From: a virus
Taxonomy: Duplodnaviria > Caudoviricetes
IMG/VR virus record: IMGVR_UViG_3300031848_000023
Span: 1 to 31,530 of that record
Strand: one strand, 5' to 3'
DNA length: 31,530 nt
Shown here: piece by piece, positions 8,063 to 15,325 of the stretch
Layout: the number at the start of each line of letters is the position of its first letter
Numbering within the stretch: position 1 is the first letter of the stretch
Translations under genes and position numbers: made by a program
The notes under the pieces: generated by a model
Seen by the model: the letters and a program-made list of their open reading frames with translations, nothing else
The model's database searches: none
Told to the model about the DNA's origin: nothing

Positions 8063-8566
8063 ATGAATGTTAAATGGGACATAAATCTTACTGCATTACA
8101 AAGAACTAATCCGGTTTTGTATTACGAGAAAAATGCATTTGATTTGAATTATAACTTTAATGCGAAAAAGTTTGACAAAGTTTTAGAAGGAAACAGACAT
8201 CAATTAAAAACTTGGGGAGGAGCTGACTCAACAAGCGAACCTCATTGGATAGGAGTAAAAAAAGCTACTCCTTTGCATACGGATCCAAGATACCCAAGAT
8301 ATACTTGGCACTACATTTTAAAAGTTGACAATTTTGGTTTAAGAGGAGTGGATAAAGTTGACACAAAATTAGAAAACAATATGTTAATTTTATTAGATAC
8401 TCATTCCCCGCATCAATTATTTTCTTACAGTAAAGAGGCTTTGTATTATTTTGCTTGTAGCATAGATAGTAAAAAGATAATGGGTAAAAGTATAGCCAAA
8501 GAAAAGCTTCGTCAATATGTTTTAGATAATGACATATTAAACAGCGTAAAAAGAATAAACAAATGA
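8063..8566 (+). CDS. Putative cupin / Fe(II) dioxygenase
   Basis: TPLHTD followed by beta strands and LLDTHSPH: the HxD...H facial triad of the double-stranded beta-helix fold. Confidence 0.55.
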   Translation: MNVKWDINLTALQRTNPVLYYEKNAFDLNYNFNAKKFDKVLEGNRHQLKTWGGADSTSEPHWIGVKKATPLHTDPRYPRYTWHYILKVDNFGLRGVDKVDTKLENNMLILLDTHSPHQLFSYSKEALYYFACSIDSKKIMGKSIAKEKLRQYVLDNDILNSVKRINK

Positions 8567-9711
8567 AAATATATAAAAAAAATAATGTATATGAGGAGGC
8601 ATTAAATAGGATACGTTTCCTATACGATGAGTTTGATGAGGTCGTAGTTGGTTACTCCGGAGGTAAAGACTCGACTGTGACGCTTAGATTAGCTGTACAG
8701 GTTGCTAAAGAGAAAGGGAAGCTGCCAGTAAAAGCATTATTTTTAGATCAAGAAGCTGAGTGGGGTGCTGTAATTAAACATATGCGAGAGGTGAGGGAAG
8801 ATCCTAACATAGATTTAAGATGGTATCAAATACCTTTTGCAATATTCAATGCATCCTCAAATATTAAACAATGGATTACAGCTTGGGGTGAAGGTGATGA
8901 GTGGATGCGTCCTAGAGAACCAAACACTATTACAGAGAATAAATATGGGACAAATAAATTTTATGATTTATTCAATAAAATAATAGAAGTTGACTTTCCG
9001 GAGAACACTTGTTTATTGGGAGGAGTAAGATCTGAAGAAAGTCCCAGAAGACACGTTGCTATGACACAACAAGCAACATACAAATACATTACTTGGGGCA
9101 AAAAACTTAATCCGGGTAAAGGTCAATATACATTTTATCCCATATACGATTGGAGCTATACTGACATTTGGAAATCCATACACGATAATAAGTGGGCATA
9201 CACAAAAGTTTATGATTACCAATATATGTACGGGGTTCCTATTCGTGGGATGAGAGTTTCAAACTTACATCACGAGACTGCTTTAGAAGTATTGTTTTAT
9301 CTTCAAGAAGTGGAAAAAGATACTTGGACAGCATTAACAAATAGGATGACTGGAATTGGAACGGCAGGAAAATTAAACAAAAAAAATTACTTCATTAAAG
9401 AGCTTCCTTTTATGTTTGCATCTTGGGAGGATTATAGAGACTTCCTTACAGAAAAACTAGTTAACAATAAAAAAGTAAAAGATAAGTTTAAAAAGAAATG
9501 GGAATTGTACGATGTTAGGTATAAAGATATGCTTCATAGGGATAAGCTCATTAAAGCCGAAATAAACAACATTTTAGCCAACGATGAAGATTTAACTAAA
9601 TTGCGTAACTTTACAGAAACTGGGGAAATGGAAGATTATCGCAGATGGACAAGAGGCGAAGAGATAAAGTATAAAAAGGTTAAAAACAAATACATTCCTT
9701 ATGACATTTAA
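8563..9711 (+). CDS. ibrA: IbrA/YbdN-like PP-loop protein (PAPS reductase superfamily)
   Basis: YSGGKDS PP-loop, FLDQEAE, GVRSEESPRR, YPIYDW and MRVSNLHHE; paired with an IbrB-like gene. Confidence 0.8.
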   Translation: MKIYKKNNVYEEALNRIRFLYDEFDEVVVGYSGGKDSTVTLRLAVQVAKEKGKLPVKALFLDQEAEWGAVIKHMREVREDPNIDLRWYQIPFAIFNASSNIKQWITAWGEGDEWMRPREPNTITENKYGTNKFYDLFNKIIEVDFPENTCLLGGVRSEESPRRHVAMTQQATYKYITWGKKLNPGKGQYTFYPIYDWSYTDIWKSIHDNKWAYTKVYDYQYMYGVPIRGMRVSNLHHETALEVLFYLQEVEKDTWTALTNRMTGIGTAGKLNKKNYFIKELPFMFASWEDYRDFLTEKLVNNKKVKDKFKKKWELYDVRYKDMLHRDKLIKAEINNILANDEDLTKLRNFTETGEMEDYRRWTRGEEIKYKKVKNKYIPYDI

Positions 9712-10366
9712 AGAAGAGTTGATACAACAATATCAATTGAGTAAAAATAAGATTGACTTTATAGAGGAGCTTAAGAAATTAATAGATGAGATTTCGCCAT
9801 TAAACCATCAACCTGTAAACCGAGTAAGATGGGTTGACATATCACAAGTCCAAGCAAACGATTATAATCCCAATAGTGTAGCAAAAACAGAAATGAAATT
9901 GTTATATACTTCGATACTCCACGATGGTTATACGCAACCTATTGTAACTGTTTACGATAAAGACAAGAAAAAATACGTTATAGTAGATGGGTTCCATAGA
10001 TACTTTACCTCAAGAAGTTACTCAGACATACTAGATAAGAATATGGGTTATGTACCGGTAGTGGTTATTGACAAGAATATTAATGATAGAATGGCGTCTA
10101 CAATTAGACACAATAGAGCGAGAGGAAAACATTCCGTTTCGGGTATGAGTAATATTGTTTTTGAGATGTTAGACAACGGATGGAAAGATGCTGACATATT
10201 AGAAGAGTTAGGAATGGAAGCAGAGGAATTGATAAGACTAAAACACATTACCGGGTTTAGTAAGTTATTTGAAAATACTGAATACAAAAAAGCTTGGGAA
10301 TTAAAAAAGCAATTACAAATAAAAAAAGAATACAAGAATGAAAATCCACACGATACCATTATCTAA
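9701..10366 (+). CDS. ibrB: IbrB/YbdM-like ParB/Srx-domain protein
   Basis: ANDYNPNSVA, DGYTQPIV, VDGFHR and STIRHNRARGKH. Confidence 0.85.
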   Translation: MTFKEELIQQYQLSKNKIDFIEELKKLIDEISPLNHQPVNRVRWVDISQVQANDYNPNSVAKTEMKLLYTSILHDGYTQPIVTVYDKDKKKYVIVDGFHRYFTSRSYSDILDKNMGYVPVVVIDKNINDRMASTIRHNRARGKHSVSGMSNIVFEMLDNGWKDADILEELGMEAEELIRLKHITGFSKLFENTEYKKAWELKKQLQIKKEYKNENPHDTII

Positions 10367-10883
10367 TATAAAACCATATTGGAGGAATGCCAGAAAAAAC
10401 GAACGTACTGTAGAAGCTACTAAGAAATCAATTGAAAGCTACGGATTCAACCAACCTATTGTAATAGATCCTAAGAACGTTATTATTGCCGGACACGCAA
10501 GATATAAGGCTTTGATCCAATTAGGCTACACAGAGGCTGCGTGTGTTGTTAAGGATAACCTTACGGAGCAAGAAGCTAAAGAATACAGGATAGCAGATAA
10601 TAAAACGCACGAGCTTACGATATGGGATAACGATGAGCTTATGATCGAGATGAGAGAGATCGACAACAACATTAAGATGCAAGATTACTTTCCCAATATT
10701 AACTTAGGAAATTGGTTAAATGACGAGGTAGGGTTTAACATCACAAATACCTCTCAAGAAGAGTATCAAGCGGAAGAGTATCAAATGGAAAATAAATTCA
10801 AAGATGCACCTCAAAACGAAAAGACAACTGTAACCTGTCCACATTGTTATGAAGAGTTTAACTTAGATAAAAAAGATATATAA
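10338..10883 (+). CDS. ParB/Srx N-terminal domain protein with C-terminal CPxC
   Basis: IKPYWRNARKN, GFNQPIVID, IAGHAR, YRIADNK and CPHC; no methyltransferase domain fused. Confidence 0.85.
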   Translation: MKIHTIPLSNIKPYWRNARKNERTVEATKKSIESYGFNQPIVIDPKNVIIAGHARYKALIQLGYTEAACVVKDNLTEQEAKEYRIADNKTHELTIWDNDELMIEMREIDNNIKMQDYFPNINLGNWLNDEVGFNITNTSQEEYQAEEYQMENKFKDAPQNEKTTVTCPHCYEEFNLDKKDI

Positions 10884-11098
10884 TGAAATTTATACCAATA
10901 GAAGAAAAAAGTCTCATTAATTTAAATCATAAAACAGGTAAATTGAAAAACGACTATGCGGAAAAAAGTGCCAATAGTTTAGTGAAAGGATCTAAAGAAC
11001 ATAAGAGATTGTTAAAACGACTTTTAAAAGAGGGAAAAACCTTTCAAGCTTTACGTATAAAGGAAATGGGAAAAAAATACAATAAGATAAATAAATAA
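10883..11098 (+). CDS. Small basic hypothetical protein
   Basis: TAATG overlap; 71 aa, Lys-rich. Confidence 0.55.
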   Translation: MKFIPIEEKSLINLNHKTGKLKNDYAEKSANSLVKGSKEHKRLLKRLLKEGKTFQALRIKEMGKKYNKINK

Positions 11099-11100
11099 AA

Positions 11101-11451
11101 ATGAGTGACAAAAGTGACATATTAAAAAAGAAGATGATCGAAGCATTAGAAAATAGCTTAGGGATCGTTTCATTAGCCTGTAAGAAAGTCAATATTTCTA
11201 GGCAAACTCATTACAGATGGACTCAAGAAGATTCGGATTACGATAAAGAAGCAAGGTCAATTATAGAAGCAACTATTGATTATGTAGAGTCTAAGTTATT
11301 CGAGAACATAGCAGACAAAAAAGAAGCGTCCATTATGTTTTATTTAAAATCAAAAGCAAAGCATAGGGGATACGTAGAACGTCAAGAAATTGATATGAAC
11401 GCAAACAATCATTTCCGAGTTGAAATAATAGATGAAGGTACTCAAGACTAA
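11101..11451 (+). CDS. terS: Terminase small subunit
   Basis: HTH (GIVSLACKKVNISRQTHYRW) and IMFYLKSKAKHRGYVER; overlaps terL. Confidence 0.8.
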   Translation: MSDKSDILKKKMIEALENSLGIVSLACKKVNISRQTHYRWTQEDSDYDKEARSIIEATIDYVESKLFENIADKKEASIMFYLKSKAKHRGYVERQEIDMNANNHFRVEIIDEGTQD

Positions 11452-12592
11452 TATTGTATTTAGACATCTTGAAAATTCAAAGAAGAGGATCCTTATTGAG
11501 CAAGGAGGTACTCGATCCGGCAAAACATATAACATTCTTATGTGGATTATCTTTGCCATTTGTTTAAAGCAAAAAGGTAAAACAATATCTATTGCACGTA
11601 AAACTTACCCGGCATTAAGAACCTCAGCAATGAGAGATTTTCTGGAGATTTTAAAAACCTATGAGCTATACGATGAGACAAAGCATAATAAGTCAAGCGC
11701 TGAATATAGACTAAACGGAAACCTTGTCGAATTTATATCATTAGATCAGCCTCAAAAAGTAAGAGGAAGAAAGAGAGATATTTTATTTATTAATGAGGCA
11801 AACGAATTGTTTTGGGAAGATTGGCAGCAGTTAGTATTCAGAACTAAAGATCGCATTATAATTGATTACAATCCTTCAGACGAATTTAGTTGGATTTATG
11901 AGAAGGTTAAAACACGAGATGATGCTGATTTCTACATTACTACATATAAGGATAATCCATTCCTAGCTCCAGAAATAAAGAAAGAGATTGAGAGGCTTAG
12001 AGACACCGATGAAAACTATTGGAACATCTATGGCTTAGGTCAAGTTGGTGCGAGTAGAAGCCTTATATTTAAGTCACAGCTTATTGAATCGATACCGGAG
12101 GAAGCCAAATTTTTATCTTATGGTATGGATTTTGGATATACAAATGATCCAACGACATTAGTTTCTGTCTACAAACACGATACAAAATTGTATTTTAAAG
12201 AACACATTTATAGAACGGGAATGACTAACCGGGACATTGTGAATGAGTTAGAAAGATTAGGACTAGGCAGAAGAGATGAGATTTATGCCGATAGTGCAGA
12301 GCCGAAGAGTATCGATGAGATTCACAGATTTGGATGGAACGTTAAACCGGCAACAAAAGGAAGGGATTCAATTAACATAGGAATTGATATGATGAAACGA
12401 TATTCTTTATTCATAACCAAAGAAAGCACAAACACAATAAAAGAGTTTAGGAATTACAAATGGAAGGAAGATAAGAATGGAGTTGTGCTAAACGATCCGG
12501 TAGATTCTTACAACCATAGTATCGATGCAATCCGTTACGCTCTGTACAATAAATTATCCCGTCCTAACTATGGACGTTATGCAGTTCGTTAA
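11432..12592 (+). CDS. terL: Terminase large subunit (PBSX/Terminase_3 type)
   Basis: GGTRSGKT Walker A, FINEANE Walker B, DYNP, GMDFGYTNDP and NHSIDAIRY. Confidence 0.95.
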   Translation: MKVLKTNIVFRHLENSKKRILIEQGGTRSGKTYNILMWIIFAICLKQKGKTISIARKTYPALRTSAMRDFLEILKTYELYDETKHNKSSAEYRLNGNLVEFISLDQPQKVRGRKRDILFINEANELFWEDWQQLVFRTKDRIIIDYNPSDEFSWIYEKVKTRDDADFYITTYKDNPFLAPEIKKEIERLRDTDENYWNIYGLGQVGASRSLIFKSQLIESIPEEAKFLSYGMDFGYTNDPTTLVSVYKHDTKLYFKEHIYRTGMTNRDIVNELERLGLGRRDEIYADSAEPKSIDEIHRFGWNVKPATKGRDSINIGIDMMKRYSLFITKESTNTIKEFRNYKWKEDKNGVVLNDPVDSYNHSIDAIRYALYNKLSRPNYGRYAVR

Positions 12593-12725
12593 TTTTGTAT
12601 ATTCGATATTGAATAACTCTATCGTTACAATTGTTGCAACAAGTTCCATAATCACGTAGGGGGGCAGGGTTGTGTCCATATCCTTCAAACTCTACGTTAC
12701 ATAAAATACATTTTGATTTTCTCAT
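12564..12725 (-). CDS. Small zinc-finger protein (53 aa), not in ORF track
   Basis: MRKSKCILCNVEFEGYGHNPAPLRDYGTCCNNCNDRVIQYRIYKINELHNVHS; CxxC-GYGHNP-CCxxCN pattern; has its own -7-like box. Confidence 0.75.
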   Translation of the reverse strand: MRKSKCILCNVEFEGYGHNPAPLRDYGTCCNNCNDRVIQYRIYKINELHNVHS

Positions 12726-12728
12726 ATA

Positions 12729-12795
12729 CGGAAGATACAAAAAAGATTCTTATTAACGAATTAGGTTAATAACTTTTTATTTAGTATCTTAGCTT
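12729..12795. promoter_or_regulatory. Symmetric bidirectional promoter with palindromic operator (copy 2)
   Basis: TTATTAA(12750)-N9-TTAATAA(12772), with TATCTTAG 12 nt to the right on + and TATCTTCC 12 nt to the left on -. Confidence 0.7.
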
Positions 12796-12796
12796 T

Positions 12797-12965
12797 ATAA
12801 CTTAAAAACACGACTATGTATAAAACTAATGAAATCTCTAAGTCTTCTAGTAGAGTGATAGCTGCCTTAAAAAAATTATATGATAAAGGTAGTTTGACTG
12901 ATAAAGAATACACCGATGCTATATTGCAAACGCTAAAAACAAAATAACTTAAAAACACGACTATG
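12797..12965 (+). repeat. Perfect 22-bp direct repeat ATAACTTAAAAACACGACTATG (12797-12818 and 12944-12965)
   Basis: Read directly; each copy ends in the ATG of a small ORF. Confidence 0.9.
12816..12947 (+). CDS. Small SHOCT-like protein (43 aa)
   Basis: MYKTNEISKSSSRVIAALKKLYDKGSLTDKEYTDAILQTLKTK; LKKLYDxGxLTxxEY resembles SHOCT. Confidence 0.6.
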   Translation: MYKTNEISKSSSRVIAALKKLYDKGSLTDKEYTDAILQTLKTK

Positions 12966-13115
12966 ATAAAAGAAAGTAATGAACAAGAATACATTAAGGA
13001 TCTTAAAAGAGCCTTGATTAGAGATGAGGTCGCTTTAGATACTTTATATCAAAAAGAAGTAGACTTGCTTAAAAACGTTAAAAGAATTAGAGCGTATTTA
13101 AAAGCAAATAAATAA
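12963..13115 (+). CDS. Small coiled-coil protein (50 aa)
   Basis: Starts in the second repeat copy: MIKESNEQEYIKDLKRALIRDEVALDTLYQKEVDLLKNVKRIRAYLKANK. Confidence 0.6.
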   Translation: MIKESNEQEYIKDLKRALIRDEVALDTLYQKEVDLLKNVKRIRAYLKANK

Positions 13116-13117
13116 TT

Positions 13118-13288
13118 ATGGATTTAGATGCACGTATGGCTAATGCCAAAAAAATCGGAAGCCTAATGGCTGATGTAGAAATGATACAAGCTAGGGTGGA
13201 GTATAGAACTGCTACACACTATGACCGGGAAGATATTCTCGTTGCTCTTTTAGAGTTAGGTAAGAAATTAAAAGAATTAGAATTATGA
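13118..13288 (+). CDS. Small hypothetical protein (56 aa)
   Basis: MDLDARMANAKKIGSLMADVEMIQ...; ATGA overlap with the next ORF. Confidence 0.6.
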   Translation: MDLDARMANAKKIGSLMADVEMIQARVEYRTATHYDREDILVALLELGKKLKELEL

Positions 13289-13503
13289 TATTTGAAGAAC
13301 TAGGGTGGCATCTTGATTATTATTTTAATAGGAAATATATCGGATCAAAAAGAATAGACACACCGGACAGAAATAAATCCGGTTACTACGGGAGGATTGA
13401 AGAGCCTTTAAGCGAAGATCTTTTGTTGAAGGGTAAAACCTACCGGAAGGGTACGGTTGTGATGTCTGAGTGTATTCCTTTATGTGGAAAAGTGATTAGG
13501 TAA
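13285..13503 (+). CDS. Hypothetical protein
   Basis: 72 aa; last gene before a terminator. Confidence 0.65.
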   Translation: MIFEELGWHLDYYFNRKYIGSKRIDTPDRNKSGYYGRIEEPLSEDLLLKGKTYRKGTVVMSECIPLCGKVIR

Positions 13504-13535
13504 AAATCTTTTTTTGTTTTGATTTGTTGTAAATT

Positions 13536-13563
13536 GGGGTAGCATTAAGCTATCCCTTTTTTT
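13536..13563 (+). terminator. Intrinsic terminator
   Basis: GGGGTAGC-attaa-GCTATCCC + T7. Confidence 0.8.
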
Positions 13564-13582
13564 ATAAACTTATTTTTAAAAT

Positions 13583-13588
13583 CGTTAT
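13583..13588 (+). promoter_or_regulatory. Putative late promoter -10 box CGTTAT
   Basis: 6 nt upstream of ATG 13595; same spacing at 23833 and 26557. Confidence 0.6.
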
Positions 13589-13594
13589 GTACAT

Positions 13595-14260
13595 ATGAAG
13601 TTACAAATAGATGTCCCGGATTCCACTCGTGAAATCTCATTAGAGCAATACCAACGTTTCGTAAAGATTAACACACCAGAGAATGAAGGATCTAGTTTTT
13701 TATTACAAAAGCAAATTGAAATTTTTTGCAACGTAGATTTGAGAGATTTGGCTACAATAAAATACAGCGATGTCTTAAAAATCACGGATCACTTAAATGA
13801 AATCTTTGACACAACAAAAACGGGATTGATAGAACGCTTTACTTTAGGAGGAAAAGAATATGGATTTATTCCAGATCTAGACAGCATTTCTTTAGGGGAG
13901 TATATTGACCTTGATAACTACTTAGGAGATTGGGAAAATATGCACAAAGCTATGGCGGTTTTATACAGACCAGTCACCACACGAGTAAAAGACAAATACC
14001 AAATAGAAACTTATGACGGGAGTAAGTATCAAGAGAGAATGATGTATATGCCGTTAGACGTAGCACTAAGTAGTATGGTTTTTTTTTATCATTTAAACAA
14101 GGAGTTGTTGAGTCTTACCCTGAATTATTTGGATCGGAACATTCCGAATACGTTGACACCTCAGCAGCAGGATCGTTTGGAGCAAAGTGGGGATGGTATC
14201 AATCAGTATATGCACTCGCTGCAGGAAATATTGAAAGACTTGAACATATCACAAAGCTAA
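13595..14260 (+). CDS. Putative tail assembly chaperone (gpG-like, unshifted product)
   Basis: First gene of the tail operon; contains the slippery run GTT TTT TTT TAT at 14078-14089. Confidence 0.6.
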   Translation: MKLQIDVPDSTREISLEQYQRFVKINTPENEGSSFLLQKQIEIFCNVDLRDLATIKYSDVLKITDHLNEIFDTTKTGLIERFTLGGKEYGFIPDLDSISLGEYIDLDNYLGDWENMHKAMAVLYRPVTTRVKDKYQIETYDGSKYQERMMYMPLDVALSSMVFFYHLNKELLSLTLNYLDRNIPNTLTPQQQDRLEQSGDGINQYMHSLQEILKDLNISQS

Positions 14261-14349
14261 AAGCTTACGAGTGTTTTACAATGCTATCCTTTATGAAGGA
14301 GAAAACAGAAATTGAAATTAGAGAGATTAAAAAGAATAACAAAAGATAA
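14074..14349 (+). CDS. -1 frameshift extension of the chaperone (gpT-like)
   Basis: The -1 frame opens after TAG 14071-14073 and reads FLSFKQGVVESYPELF...KWGWYQSVYALA...KNNKR to a TAA that overlaps the next ATG; no early start codon. Confidence 0.75.
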   Translation, partial: YGFFLSFKQGVVESYPELFGSEHSEYVDTSAAGSFGAKWGWYQSVYALAAGNIERLEHITKLKAYECFTMLSFMKEKTEIEIREIKKNNKR

Positions 14350-14822
14350 TGAGTCAACAAGGAACTAGAGCGTTTTACCAAATTACTGACACAATAAAAG
14401 ATCAACTCTTAGCGGATCATAATTGCAAAACAGTAACGTTTGGAAACATAAGTGATATTGATTTAAGTAAGCAGACTATATTCCCGTTGTCACATATTAT
14501 GATAAATAACGTAACCTTCGCACAAAATACAGTAAGCTTTAACGTAAGCGTATTATCAATGGACGTTGTAGATCAAAGTAAAGATGAGGTAGTAGATATC
14601 TTTAATGGCAATAACAACTTACAAGACGTTTTAAATACACAACTAGCAGTACAAAATAGATTGGTACTTGAGATGAAGAGAGGAGACTTATACTCTGGTA
14701 ATTATCAAATAGAAGGTGACCCGAGTTGCGAGCCTTTCGTTGATAGATTTGAGAATTTAGTAGGAGGATGGACTTGCACCTTTGATGTATTAACCAATAA
14801 CGATATATCAACTTGCGACTAG
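14349..14822 (+). CDS. Putative tail terminator/completion protein
   Basis: Size, acidic character, FPLSHI motif and position in the tail operon. Confidence 0.55.
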   Translation: MSQQGTRAFYQITDTIKDQLLADHNCKTVTFGNISDIDLSKQTIFPLSHIMINNVTFAQNTVSFNVSVLSMDVVDQSKDEVVDIFNGNNNLQDVLNTQLAVQNRLVLEMKRGDLYSGNYQIEGDPSCEPFVDRFENLVGGWTCTFDVLTNNDISTCD

Positions 14823-15319
14823 AAAACACACAGAAGGCTTTAGAGAGCTTTAGAGATTATGTTATAGGTCAATCTAAGTATAACCTAACAAGAGCCGGTA
14901 AGAAAGCTTCTGGGGATCTCTACAACGGTTTAGCAGGAGAAGTACACACTTCTGCAAATAGTATTGATGTAAAATTCGAAATGCCTTTTTATGGAACGTT
15001 TCAAGATAAAGGGGTTAACGGGATTCGTAGTGCATTTTCTACTCCTTATTCATTCAAAGGTAAGATGCCTAATATTGATGCAATAGCAGCTTGGGCAAAA
15101 TTAAAGAATATAAGACTAAGAGACAGCAAGGGAAGATTTCAAAAAGGAAACTATAAGACAATAGGATTCTTATTTGCTAGGAGCATTTACAAAAAAGGAA
15201 TTAAGCCGAGTTTGTTTTTTACTAAGCCATTCGAGGAAGCTTTTGAAAGATTACCTATTGAAGTGCTTGAATCTTTCGGGTTGGATATGGATGATTTTTT
15301 TGGATACACAACAAAGTAA
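14813..15319 (+). CDS. Putative neck/tail completion protein (HK97 gp10-like)
   Basis: ASGDL, YGTFQDKGV and GIKPSLFF motifs; basic. Confidence 0.55.
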   Translation: MRLENTQKALESFRDYVIGQSKYNLTRAGKKASGDLYNGLAGEVHTSANSIDVKFEMPFYGTFQDKGVNGIRSAFSTPYSFKGKMPNIDAIAAWAKLKNIRLRDSKGRFQKGNYKTIGFLFARSIYKKGIKPSLFFTKPFEEAFERLPIEVLESFGLDMDDFFGYTTK

Positions 15320-15325
15320 AATATT

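Noticed and set aside
8563-9711. Auxiliary metabolic cysH (sulfate assimilation) or a complete Dnd system
   Set aside because: Motifs and the IbrB partner indicate the IbrA/YbdN subfamily. There is no CysH C-terminal ECG(L/I)H motif and no dndA/B/D/E neighbours.
12797-12965. 22-bp repeats as a mini-CRISPR or att sites
   Set aside because: Only two copies, the 125-bp interval is an intact ORF, and no integrase is in the window.
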